A stretch of 63,854 nucleotides of DNA, filler included, from Lama guanicoe (GCA_013239625.1; 102 parts of 102 records of this genome joined end to end with filler, not necessarily neighbours in it), one strand, 5' to 3'; shown: positions 1 to 11,755, counted from the first letter of the whole stretch. Notes: a model not told the origin generated them from the sequence alone. Program-made: numbers and translations.

Positions 1-895
1 GCATCCTATAGGCAGGTTTGAATTTGGTAAACCTTCCACAGAGGATATTCAATTGAACTCTGTTCAATTCTGTTAGAGAAAATTAAAGTCAATACCATGA
101 TATAGGGAGTGTTCTTTTAAACAAATAAATGTAGCTGATTATAAAATTTTAAAATCTGAAACTTATTTATAAAGGGAACATAGATGACAAGTATGTCATC
201 TGGAGAGTTTTCTGCCTGCAGCAGTAGAAACTTACTGAGACAGCAACCTTCAGTATGAGAGCAAAAAACACAGAAACATAGCACTGAAAACTCTATTGGT
301 GCTACTGACATGAAGGGGATTAAATATAATAACTTTGTAAGTGCTAATATTTCAATCAAGATATGAACATTTTTCATGTCATTTCATGGTTCAATTTTGA
401 AAGCAATAAATCATTATCTATGTACTGCTTTGCCATGATTAAAGTTTAAACGGATGAGCAAAAATTCATACCGAGCTTCATGAAATCTTAGAAACTGAAC
501 ATTGAGTAACAGTTCTGAGCAGTTAGTAAATAAAAACATTCAAATACAAGGCTCTTTCATGGTAGCTTAAAGCAGGATTTTGACGTATAATGAGCAGTGC
601 AATCTATATAAATAACTGGCATCTATGATGATAAGTTTATCAAACATATTCCATTAAGCCTTCATGAACTTAGAGATAAGTGCCTCTCTTTAGCTGATAC
701 AGAAAAACTTTTGACATTCTGCAACGTAAAAAATAATGCTCAAGTTAAAATTACAACTTAACTGTTCTAAGCAGCACCACAACTCATGATGAAAACTTCA
801 GCATTCACCTCAAAGAATCACACCTGACACGTCACTCATCCAAAACATTCTAACTATTGTAATTACAGTACAAGAGTCAAGTTAACAAGATGATG

Positions 896-995
896 NNNNN
901 NNNNNNNNNNNNNNNNNNNNNNNNNNNNNNNNNNNNNNNTTAATTAATTAANNNNNNNNNNNNNNNNNNNNNNNNNNNNNNNNNNNNNNNNNNNN
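896..995. other. Artificial contig spacer N44-TTAATTAATTAA-N44 (first of about 100 identical copies in the window)
   Basis: Exactly 100 nt; the palindromic core gives TAA in all six frames; repeated between every fragment. Confidence 0.99.
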
Positions 996-1449
996 CGCTA
1001 ATACTTAGTTTTAGATCCCAAATCCCACTTTCAACCACACCCTGAGATAGGCAAACAATCAGGGAAGACAAGCAAAAGGATTGTATTAAAAACAACACGC
1101 TGATATCAGGTGGAGGAACTACCCCACCCTCAGGATCCTGGAAAACAAACTTGTGTGGTGGGGAGATTTGAAGCCCCACTCCACGCAGATGAATGGGTGC
1201 TCAGGTGTTTCCCTTTGTGGAGATTTCATCTAAATACATCCTCAGTCCATCGGGGACACTCGCTACTATTAGATCTCTAAGCCCAACCCCCAGGTTTCTC
1301 TCAGAGTCAGTCCTAGGGAAACACTCAGGGATTACAAGCTAAGGGATTCTATTAGAACCCAGCCGCTTCTGTCACCTGAAATTGTCAGGACACACTCAGC
1401 GTAGCAGAAAACTTCTTCATGTGTGTTATGGTGGTGGGGATACAGAGTC
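996..1449 (+). repeat. Diverged subfamily (A') of the ~267-bp satellite
   Basis: CGCTA-anchored period of 265 (996/1261); retains TTAGAACCCA, CTCAGGAT and AACACTCAGGG motifs of family A. Confidence 0.75.
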
Positions 1450-2076
1450 NNNNNNNNNNNNNNNNNNNNNNNNNNNNNNNNNNNNNNNNNNNNTTAATTA
1501 ATTAANNNNNNNNNNNNNNNNNNNNNNNNNNNNNNNNNNNNNNNNNNNNTAAGCTGAAGATAACTGAGATTTAATAGATGCAGAAAAAAGCCTTCTTGAG
1601 GGCTGTGCAAGGCTGACCCTGTGGGAGGCCTGGTGGGGTGGAGCCCTTGCAGGCCTCAGGCCCAGTATTTCTGCTGCAGGGAGGGGAGGAGACTCCAAAA
1701 GCACAGGCAAAGGCGATGGGGTGTGGTGCTGCCAAGGACCCCAGGTCTGGGTGCCACCTGGTTTGTTATCTCTCTTAGAAAGCTAAAAGGTTGCGAGGCT
1801 GAAGGCCCTTCTGTCAGCCCCATGGATGTAGAGAATTGAAACTTCCCACGGTGCTCTCTACACTGCTCAGGGAGCTGTTGAATTGCCCAGCAGCATAGTC
1901 AGCTTAGCAACTGGCAATAGGGGCTTCACAGGCCCAGGCTGGCCTGAGCTGGAGGACCATGAATGCCTGCCCAGATNNNNNNNNNNNNNNNNNNNNNNNN
2001 NNNNNNNNNNNNNNNNNNNNTTAATTAATTAANNNNNNNNNNNNNNNNNNNNNNNNNNNNNNNNNNNNNNNNNNNN

Positions 2077-2160
2077 ATCAAATCAATATCCTGTGCACCT
2101 AAACTTACACAATGTTTTATGACAACTATATGTCAATAAAAGCGGAAGAAAAATGGAAAA
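2077..2160 (+). mobile_element. Old L1 3' terminus fragment
   Basis: TGTGCACCTAAACTTACACAATGTTTTATGACAACTATATGTCAATAAA resembles L1M 3' ends. Confidence 0.55.
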
Positions 2161-2653
2161 TCAATGGTAATTTTTCCCATGAAATTTCTCATGATTATTT
2201 TTGCAGGAAGTAATCTTGAGTCATGTTATACTTATCCTAGGTAAAGATAGTAATAAATAAGTGATTCTAAAATATTTTACATAAAGATACTTATAAAATT
2301 AGTGTTTTACCATACCTTTATCTTTCTGCATGTTAACAGCCTACTGCTTCTATAGGCGACAAAATTTCACTCTGTGTATACATCTGAGATTAGGGAATAG
2401 ATATAAATTTAAAACTGGCTGCTCTTGCTGTGAGTGATAAATTTCACTGTCTGTGACCTATGGTCTCATCTCCCCGTCAGCATAGGTAAAAAATGAACAT
2501 GCTTGGTTGCTAAAAATCTCAGTATGATAAAATCTCAGAACTCCTACAATTCTNNNNNNNNNNNNNNNNNNNNNNNNNNNNNNNNNNNNNNNNNNNNTTA
2601 ATTAATTAANNNNNNNNNNNNNNNNNNNNNNNNNNNNNNNNNNNNNNNNNNNN

Positions 2654-3057
2654 GACGGCTTTCACACACACTTATCTTTCAGAACTGAGCATGTGGACAG
2701 ACTTTCGTCCATCCAGCACAAAGGCAACGGGATGCAGGAGAAACCCTTACTCTGGTTTCTCAGTTTGTTTCCTAGTGCCTGTTTGAAGTGCCTGCCGTTT
2801 TCACTGTAAAACCGAGTTGGAGCTTGTACCTCCCCATATATATGTATGGAGTGGAGTTTGTAACTGAAAAGAAACTATGTGTTCCCTTCAAGCTAGGTGA
2901 AGGACGGCTTTCACACACACATATGTTTCAGAACTGAGCATGTGGAGAGACGTTCGTTCATCCAGCACAAAGGGAAAGGGTTGTATGAGAATCCATTACT
3001 CTGGTTTTTCAGTCTGTTTCCTAGGGCTGGTTTGAAGTGCCTGCCGTTTTCACTGTA
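2654..3057 (+). repeat. Satellite B (~249-bp monomer)
   Basis: GACGGCTTTCACACACAC at 2654 and 2903 (period 249). Confidence 0.95.
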
Positions 3058-4077
3058 NNNNNNNNNNNNNNNNNNNNNNNNNNNNNNNNNNNNNNNNNNN
3101 NTTAATTAATTAANNNNNNNNNNNNNNNNNNNNNNNNNNNNNNNNNNNNNNNNNNNNATCAAAGTCATTCTTTACTTTCTCAGTAAAGTTTCTCATCAAA
3201 TTTCCCGAGAGTTATTCCAGGTAAGGAACAGGTAATTTATCCACATCGTAGCACACACAGCTCACAGCAGAGTATTCCCACTGGCCAGTGAAGTGGTGTC
3301 ATTGCTTCAGTCTGATTATCAGAAAAAAAACATAGGAGAAGATGGCTACACCAGTGACGAGACCATTTTGAATCAAAGGGGCTGTAAATGAGCCCCCTGT
3401 CTAAATGCACTTCCTTTACACAATTCAACACACCTTAAAAACTCCAGGCTATTAACATTATTTTTGTATCCCCTTTATTATTAACACTGAAAATGCATTT
3501 ACTAAAGGATCAGTATGTGTGTGGCTATGAGACTTTAAGAGGAGGTGCATTTCAATATCACTCAGTAACTTGGAGGAAATTTACCCCAGATAACAGCAAC
3601 ATTGCAGTAAGAATCAGCATGAGGCTTCTACAAGATTGCAGGAACCACTGATGCCGAGAAAAGAATCCAAGTTGACTTGGGAAAATGAACCTTTTTGCAC
3701 TGTGTTCAGCTGCCAAGCTGTGCTAGGAACCCACAGCTCTTCTCCAGGAATGTCAGAAAGTGAATCTGGTCATTGGTGGGGAAAGGGAAACTTCTATATT
3801 ACCTGCAGAGCCTCACCCAAATTACCCACACTTGCCCGATTGGGTGCTGGGCTTTATGCTCTGAAGTCAGTACCATGGTCCAAGTTCAGCTCCTTTAGCA
3901 TCTTGTGTTAGAAATGCCTTGACTCTTAAATGTTTGGAACATCTTTGTTCATTGCATTCTTCTCTTTCAAAATTAGCNNNNNNNNNNNNNNNNNNNNNNN
4001 NNNNNNNNNNNNNNNNNNNNNTTAATTAATTAANNNNNNNNNNNNNNNNNNNNNNNNNNNNNNNNNNNNNNNNNNNN

Positions 4078-4581
4078 TTCTGGAATCCTGAGCTTGGGAA
4101 GGTTCCACCAACCGTCGGCAGCGCGTTAGTTCAAACGGATTTACTAAGCTCGTCTCCCCTGAGGATTTTGCTAAGTTCTGGCTACCTGTGAATGCAAGGG
4201 ATCTGCGCTGGAATGCCGAGATCCAGTAGCAGCAAGCTCAAGGTTTGAGAAGATATTTCTCGGAATTCCCCCGAACAGGGAACACGTGTGACTGAAGAGA
4301 GCTGCGTGGAGATGTCTTTCGAACTCCCCCACGCACTGATTATGGTTCCGGAATCCTGAGCGTGGGGAGGTTCCATCAACGATCGGCAGCGCGTGGGTTC
4401 TAACGGAATGCATAAGCTCGTCTGCCCTGATGGTTTTCGTAATGTCTCTCTGCCAGGGAATGTTAGCAGGGATTTCAGGTATTGCCAGTGATAGAGGCTG
4501 CCTCCCCAAGTTCAGGGAATTTATTTCTCGGTCTTCCTCCTAAGAGGGAACACCTGTGACTGAACAGGCTGCGTGGAGTTG
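4078..4581 (-). repeat. Satellite A (~267-bp monomer), moderately diverged
   Basis: Reverse-complement match to the family A monomer, about 2 units. Confidence 0.92.
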
Positions 4582-4681
4582 NNNNNNNNNNNNNNNNNNN
4601 NNNNNNNNNNNNNNNNNNNNNNNNNTTAATTAATTAANNNNNNNNNNNNNNNNNNNNNNNNNNNNNNNNNNNNNNNNNNNN

Positions 4682-4890
4682 GGTGTTTAACCAACAACCC
4701 CCAACAAGGGAATACCATTGACCCCTGGAACTTGCGTGGACACTCTTTCTCCACCAACTGCACACACACGAAGAAGTTTTCTGGAATCCTGAGCATGGGG
4801 AGGCTACTCCAAATGACAGCAACACCTGGGTTCTCTTAGAGTCCCTTAGCTTGTGTTCCATGAGTGTTTACATAGGCCAGGCTTTGATCT
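4682..4890 (-). repeat. Satellite A' (diverged subfamily)
   Basis: 4861-4890 is an exact reverse complement of 37915-37944; GGAATCCTGAGC..GGGGAGG motif present. Confidence 0.8.
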
Positions 4891-5043
4891 NNNNNNNNNN
4901 NNNNNNNNNNNNNNNNNNNNNNNNNNNNNNNNNNTTAATTAATTAANNNNNNNNNNNNNNNNNNNNNNNNNNNNNNNNNNNNNNNNNNNNGCACGTGTAC
5001 ACCCAGAGAGATTTCACATCAGAGGGAATGACAAAGCTGATTA

Positions 5044-5568
5044 TGATACCGAGGCCAAACTTGTTCTGCTCACTGTACAGCAGTGATAAATAAATAAATC
5101 AGGAGACAGGATTTTGGGGAAAGGAAGAGTAACTTTATTCAGAAAACTAGCAGACCAAGAAGATGAGGTACTAATGTCCTGGAGAATCATCTTTCCCAAG
5201 TCAGAATTAAGGCTCCTTTTAACCTAGAAAGGGGAGGGGGTGTGTTTGGTTGTCCAAACTTATTGCCGCAGGCATTCTTTGTTCTTGCAGCCATCCATGT
5301 GGGTCAGGCTATGATGTCCCTGTAAACCTCCAACAAAACAAAGGCTATTCTCTATTTTGCAACTTGCCATCTCTACGTAAGTGCAGAAGTGCTAACATCC
5401 TTAAAGGTCAGAGCCCCGAGAATAGGCTTTCCTGCTGGTTTTAGGCTAAGGACAATGTTGTTTTACAAAAGGTGCAGAGCCAGCAAGATTAAGCCTGGAA
5501 AACAGGGCACAGTGCTTCAAACTCAAGGAACAGTTCCAATATGGCATATGATTTGCTCTCGATTACAG
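5044..5568 (-). mobile_element. Probable ERV solo LTR (~525 bp)
   Basis: TG...CA termini; reverse AATAAA (TTTATT) near the left end; LTR-like composition; no clean TSD seen. Confidence 0.55.
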
Positions 5569-5795
5569 TTTTATTTATGGGAAGTTTTGTAGCAGAAAAT
5601 CCCCTCAGTTGTTTTTCTTGTTTTGCCTGAGATCTTTTTTGTTGGATTGTGGTCTCATGGTGTCTGAACCGTATGTTCAGATGAATACTATTAAANNNNN
5701 NNNNNNNNNNNNNNNNNNNNNNNNNNNNNNNNNNNNNNNTTAATTAATTAANNNNNNNNNNNNNNNNNNNNNNNNNNNNNNNNNNNNNNNNNNNN

Positions 5796-6355
5796 CCTCT
5801 ATCATTGGGATTGCCTGCAAACACCTCTAGCATTCCCTGGCAAATAGACATTAGGAAAAACCCAGGGGATTCGAGCTTAGGCATTCCCTTAGAACCCACG
5901 CGCTGCCGACCGTTGGTGGAACCTCCCCACGCTCAGGATTCCGGTACAATTGTCAGTGCGTGGGGAGCTCGAGAGACAACTCCACGCTGCTCTCTTCAGT
6001 CACAGGTGTTCCCTGTTAGGGAGAAATCTGAGAAATACGTTTCCTGACCTTGGGGAGGCAGCCTCTGTCACTGGGATTACCTGCTAACACCCCTAGCATT
6101 CCCTGGCACAGAGACATTAGGAAAAAAACCAAGGGAGATGAGCTTAGGCATTCCGTTAGAACCTACGCGCTGGAGACCGTTGGTGGAACCTCCCCACGCT
6201 AAGGATTCCGGTACAATTGTCAGTGCGTGGGGAGCTCGAGAGACAACTCCACGCAGCAGTCTTCAGTCACAGGTGTTCCCTGTTAGGGAGAAATCTGAGA
6301 AATACGTTTCCTGACCTTGGGGAGGCAGCCTCTGTCACTGGGATTGCCTGCAAAC
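5796..6355 (+). repeat. Satellite A
   Basis: About 2 tandem monomers. Confidence 0.95.
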
Positions 6356-6645
6356 NNNNNNNNNNNNNNNNNNNNNNNNNNNNNNNNNNNNNNNNNNNNT
6401 TAATTAATTAANNNNNNNNNNNNNNNNNNNNNNNNNNNNNNNNNNNNNNNNNNNNACGTGATAAAACCAGGCCACTGCTTCTCATGCTGAAGAAATAGTT
6501 GTGAATCAGGGAACTCAGATGTAAAAACAGACATCCGAATTGTACAAAAATGCCAATTTCAGCAAGGAAAAATAAAGTGATTCACGTAGGTCAAACCTCT
6601 GAAGAAGACGGATTTAAAACCAGCTTCCTCCAGCAATGCACTTAC

Positions 6646-6670
6646 CTCCTCCACAAGGTTCAAACAATGC
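6646..6670 (-). other. Candidate 25-nt internal exon of an unidentified gene
   Basis: Minus strand reads tttttatgttttaag|GCATTGTTTGAACCTTGTGGAGGAG|gtaagt; open frames ALFEPCGG or HCLNLVEE. Confidence 0.45.
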
Positions 6671-7526
6671 CTTAAAACATAAAAACTTGCTTGGTGCTTG
6701 ATGCTTAGACTACTGTGCTAAAAAACTAATGAAACTGTTTACTGCACAAATCTTAGTAATATGTAGTTCAAACTCCATATGAAAAGTAAACTCAAGAAAA
6801 AATTTAAAACTAAGGGCTGATGTCACTGCACAATGCTGCAAGACACACTGAAACGCGGGCTAGGAGAAACGGAAAAGGAACACGCTTGCCGAAACACAAC
6901 CGTGTGTGTTTCCACGTCAGAGACAACCGGTTCCTCAGGAGCGAACGTCCACTGCTCCAGCCGTCACAGCCCTCCGGGGGGACGCGGGCGCAGGCCATGG
7001 GTTTCAGAAACAACACGTTCCGTGGCTTTAAAGCTACAAGCTGAAAATGGACACGTCACTGAAAGCAGAAGCCTGGGTTTACTCACGTGCGTCTGATTCG
7101 CAGGGTCCTCCCCTGCGCCTCCACCAGAAGAGCTGTTCCTGACGCACGGATCGTCCTTTCTCACCCGCCCTTATGATCAAGCACAAAACTGAAGGCGTTT
7201 ACAGCACAAATTAACACAAACTACAGCACACTTAGTTCACAGCCCAAAAAGGTAAACCAGGAATGTGCCACCAGCTGAGCACCGAGGCACTCTGGCCACG
7301 CAGCCGTGTGGCCCCACGCGGCATCAGTCACCCTCTGTAACCCAAAAGAGCCAGTTCCCCACGGGGAACAGGTGCAACCAACACACCACGGTGTGAACCG
7401 CACCCCCTACGCGCACAGCTGCTTCCNNNNNNNNNNNNNNNNNNNNNNNNNNNNNNNNNNNNNNNNNNNNTTAATTAATTAANNNNNNNNNNNNNNNNNN
7501 NNNNNNNNNNNNNNNNNNNNNNNNNN

Positions 7527-8414
7527 GTTTCCTAGTTCCGGTTTGAAGTGCCTGCCGTTTTCACTGTAAATCCGATTTGGAACTTGTACCTCCCCATATG
7601 TATCTATGGAGTGGAGTTTGCAACTGAAAAGAAACTTCGTGTTCCCTTCAAGGGAGTTGAAGGACGGCTTTCATACACACTTATCTCTCAGAAGTGAGCA
7701 TGTGGAGAGACGTTCGTTCATCCAGCACAAAGGGAACGGTTTGCAGGAGAAACCCTGACTCTGGTTTCTCAGTCTGTTTCCTAGTGCCAGTTTGAAGTGC
7801 CTGCCGTTTTCACTGTAAATCCGATTTGGAACTTGTACCTCCCCATATGTATCTATGGAGTGGAGTTTGCAACTGAAAAGAAACTTCGTGTTCCCTTCAA
7901 GGGAGTTGAAGGACGGCTTTCACACACACAAATCTCTCAGAACTGAGCATGTGGAGATACTTTCATTCACCTAGAAAAAGGGAACGTGTAGTAGGAGAAA
8001 CACTTACTCTGGTTTCTCAGTCTGTTTCCAAGTGCCGGTTTGAAGTGCCTGCCGTTTTCACTGTAAAACCGAGTTGGAGATTGTACCTCCCCATATATAT
8101 GTATGGAGTGGAGTTTGCAACTGACAAGAAATTTTGTGTTCCCTTCAAGCTAGGTGAAGGACGGCTTTCACACACACTTATCTCTCAGAAATGAGCATGT
8201 GGAGAGACGTTAGTTCATCCAGCACAAAGGGAACGGTTTGCAGGAGAAACCCTGACTCTGGTTTCTCAGTCTGTTTCCTAGTGCCGGTTTGAAGTTCCAG
8301 CGGTTTGCACTGTAAAATCGAGTTTAAGCTTGTTCCTCCCCATATATATGAATGGAGTGTGGTTTGCAACTGACAAGAAATTTTGTGTTCCCTTCAAGCT
8401 AGGTGGAGGACGGC
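7527..8414 (+). repeat. Satellite B
   Basis: About 3.5 monomers; GTTTCCTAGT at 7527 and 7776 (period 249). Confidence 0.97.
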
Positions 8415-8514
8415 NNNNNNNNNNNNNNNNNNNNNNNNNNNNNNNNNNNNNNNNNNNNTTAATTAATTAANNNNNNNNNNNNNNNNNNNNNNNNNNNNNN
8501 NNNNNNNNNNNNNN

Positions 8515-9081
8515 TATTCTATATTCTAAATTCTGTGTTTTGCATTCCATGTTCTATATTCTGTGTTCTGTATTCTGTTTTACATATTCTAAATTCTGTG
8601 TTCTATATTCTATATTCTGTATTCAATATTCTGCTTTCCGTATTCTACATTCCATACTCTGTGTTCTAAATTCTGTATACTAAATTTTATATTCAGTATT
8701 CTGTATTGTTTATTTTAAATTCTGTGCTCTAAATTCCAGTTTCTAAATTCTAGGTTTTGTATTCTGTTTTCTTATTTCTATATTCTGTGTTCAATATTGT
8801 ATATTCTGTATTCTATATTCTACATTCCGTATTCTACATTCTATATTCTGTGTTCTAAATTCTATATTGTAAATTCTATATTCAGTATTCTGTATTCTAT
8901 ATTCTAAATTCTGTGTTCTGCATTCCATGTTCTAAATTTTGGGTTCCATATACTCTATGCAATATTCTATATTTTGTGTTCTACATTCTATATTCTGTAT
9001 AGCATATTCTGCATTCCGTATTCTATATTCATTATTCTGTGTTCTACATTCTATATTCTAAAATTTATATTAAGTATTCTG
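8515..9081 (+). repeat. Satellite C (heptamer TATTCTA-type)
   Basis: Continuous NNTTCNN 7-mers (TATTCTA, AATTCTG, TGTTCTG, CATTCCA). Confidence 0.95.
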
Positions 9082-9787
9082 NNNNNNNNNNNNNNNNNNN
9101 NNNNNNNNNNNNNNNNNNNNNNNNNTTAATTAATTAANNNNNNNNNNNNNNNNNNNNNNNNNNNNNNNNNNNNNNNNNNNNGAAATATCACAGAGATGCA
9201 AGTGACATCAGCCCTGGGGAAGAACCTTCAACTTCAAGGCGGCAGATGGAACGGTTTGTCTGTTAAACAAACCGTGTGGATCTGACCTGAAAGGGTTTAT
9301 TTTAGTGATGCTTTCTAATATTAATTTCATCAGCCAACGTGTGCACTTTTCTCTACACGTTGACAGCTGGTGAGGAGAATGAGGCGGGAGTGGCAGGAGG
9401 CCTGGCCAGGTGGAGGGCGTCCCAGGCCCGCTCTGAGGCGTCACCTCACACCCGGGGAGACAAGGCCAGTGACATCACACAGCACACAGCTGAGCTCACA
9501 GGTAGGAAGCACCTAGAATGGAAAGCCCATTTTGACATCAAATGCAGAAGTAATATTAATGAAACAGGATGGGGACAAACAGTGCATAGCCTCGGGCGGT
9601 GGTCATGTGCTGACTTTTCAGGATGCCCCCAAACCAGCCCCCCACTTACCGTAGCCCGTGCACGTGGCCAGGCCACTCACCCACCCANNNNNNNNNNNNN
9701 NNNNNNNNNNNNNNNNNNNNNNNNNNNNNNNTTAATTAATTAANNNNNNNNNNNNNNNNNNNNNNNNNNNNNNNNNNNNNNNNNNNN

Positions 9788-10624
9788 AAAAGAAAGTAAT
9801 TATATTAATTTGGGGTGGGGGGGCAGGAAGAAAGAGAGTTCAGGAAAAAAAATCAGGATAGAGAAGATATAAGGAATAATCGTTCTATGTAATCTATATA
9901 GAAATCAGGAAGATACAGCAATTCCAAACTTGCATACACATAACTAGTCAGTCTAAAAATATACAAAGAAAAGTGTTACAATATTTCCAAGATAAATTGA
10001 TAAATTAACATCTTATGTGAAACTTCAAGGTATCTCAATAATTAACAGAGAAAACATAGAGCAATTAATAATGTTATAGCCACGAAGTTTTCAAGCTTAA
10101 TTTACTGGACCTATATATGGAATGCTGCATCTGTAATAGGGAATGCACATTCTTTATGGAACATTTATAGAAATGTTTATTCTCTATATATCAGATGCAA
10201 TATTCTATGGGATCATAAAATAAATCTCACCTAATGTCAAAGTATCGGCATATAAAACTTGCTCTCAGTCCATAAAGCTAGATATCAACATTAAAACAGT
10301 AACTCACACCTTGTATTTGAATATTTTAAAAATTCTTTGAGCTAATATGTGTACTACAGAAATAATTATTATAGAAATTTAAAATGTTAGAATCTGTAAG
10401 ATAATAACACCATATATCTATTAATGTGCTATAGCTACATAGAAAGTCTAGCCTTAAATGTGCATATAAAGACTAAGGTAATGAGCTAAGCATTTTACAT
10501 AAGAATTTATGTAAAAAAAAATTAACTCAGGCAAAATTTAGCAATGACACTAACAAGTATAAAATCTATTGAAGCAAAAAAAGAAAAAATTGAGGATCCA
10601 CAAACTGTAAAACTATTTTTTTAA
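9788..10624 (+). mobile_element. Old degenerate L1 (ORF2 endonuclease region)
   Basis: A-rich sequence with decayed L1 EN-region motifs (GAATGCACATTCTTT, CATAAAATAAATCTCA). Confidence 0.6.
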
Positions 10625-10724
10625 NNNNNNNNNNNNNNNNNNNNNNNNNNNNNNNNNNNNNNNNNNNNTTAATTAATTAANNNNNNNNNNNNNNNNNNNN
10701 NNNNNNNNNNNNNNNNNNNNNNNN

Positions 10725-11655
10725 TCTGCATTACATGTTCTAAATTCTGGGTTCTATACTCTCTATTCTATATTCTAAAATTTGTGTTTTTAATTCTATA
10801 TTCTACAATCTATATTCTGTATTACGTATTCTATATTCTATATTCTGTGTTGTATATTCAATATTCTGCATTCTATATTCTACATTCTGTATTCTATATT
10901 CTAAATTCTATATTCAGTATTCTGTATTCTAAATTCTTAATTCTGTGTTCTTCATTCAATGTTCTAAGTCTATATTCAGTATTCTGTATTCTAAATTCTT
11001 AATTCTGTGTTCTTCATTCAATGTTCTAAGTCTATATTCAGTATTCTGTATTCTATATTCTATATTCTGGGTTCAATATTCTCTATTCTATATTCCATAT
11101 TTTGTGTTCTTCATTCTATATTCTTCATTCTATATTCAGTATTCTGTATTCTAAATTCTTAATTCTGTGTTTTGCTTTCTATGTTCTAAATTATATATTC
11201 AGTATTCTGTGTTCTATATTCTCTATTCCATATTCTATATTTTGTGTTATTAATTTTATATTCTAAATTCTGTGTTCTGCCTTCCATATTCTAAATTCTG
11301 ATTTCTGTATTCTTTTTCCCATATTCTATATTCTGTTTTCAAAATTCTATATTCTGTTTTCTATACTCTGTATTTCTTATTCTATATAGAATATTCTGTG
11401 TTCAACATTCTATATTTTAAATTCTATATTCACTATTCCGTATGCTATATTCTAAATTCTGTGTTCTGCCTTCCATATTCTAAATTCTGATTTCTGTATT
11501 CTTTTTCCCATATTCTATATTCTGTTTTCAAAATTCTATATTCTGTTTTCTATACTCTGTATTTCTTATTCTATATAGAATATTCTGTGTTCAACATTCT
11601 ATATTTTAAATTCTATATTCACTATTCCGTATGCTATATTCTAAATTCTGTGTTC
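10725..11655 (+). repeat. Satellite C with 63-bp and 189-bp internal duplications
   Basis: 7-mer period; repeats at 10912/10975 and 11275/11464. Confidence 0.95.
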
Positions 11656-11755
11656 NNNNNNNNNNNNNNNNNNNNNNNNNNNNNNNNNNNNNNNNNNNNT
11701 TAATTAATTAANNNNNNNNNNNNNNNNNNNNNNNNNNNNNNNNNNNNNNNNNNNN

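Noticed and set aside
625..696. ATGATGA...CTGA spaced ~70 nt as a C/D box snoRNA
   Set aside because: There is no convincing terminal stem or recognisable rRNA/snRNA guide, and both motifs are common in AT-rich DNA.
7527..8414. Common origin of satellites A and B (shared ACCTCCCCA and TGTTCCCT)
   Set aside because: Only two short words are shared, with different spacing and no colinear similarity by eye.
9339..9743. 134-aa ORF and other ORFs in GC-rich unique contigs (6810-7164, 28565-29212)
   Set aside because: Overlapping ORFs on both strands reflect the low stop frequency in GC-rich DNA, and none resembles a protein I know.
10784..11154. Hydrophobic Ile/Leu/Tyr/Ser/Phe/Cys-rich ORFs as membrane peptides
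   Set aside because: They are a direct result of translating the TATTCTA heptamer satellite.
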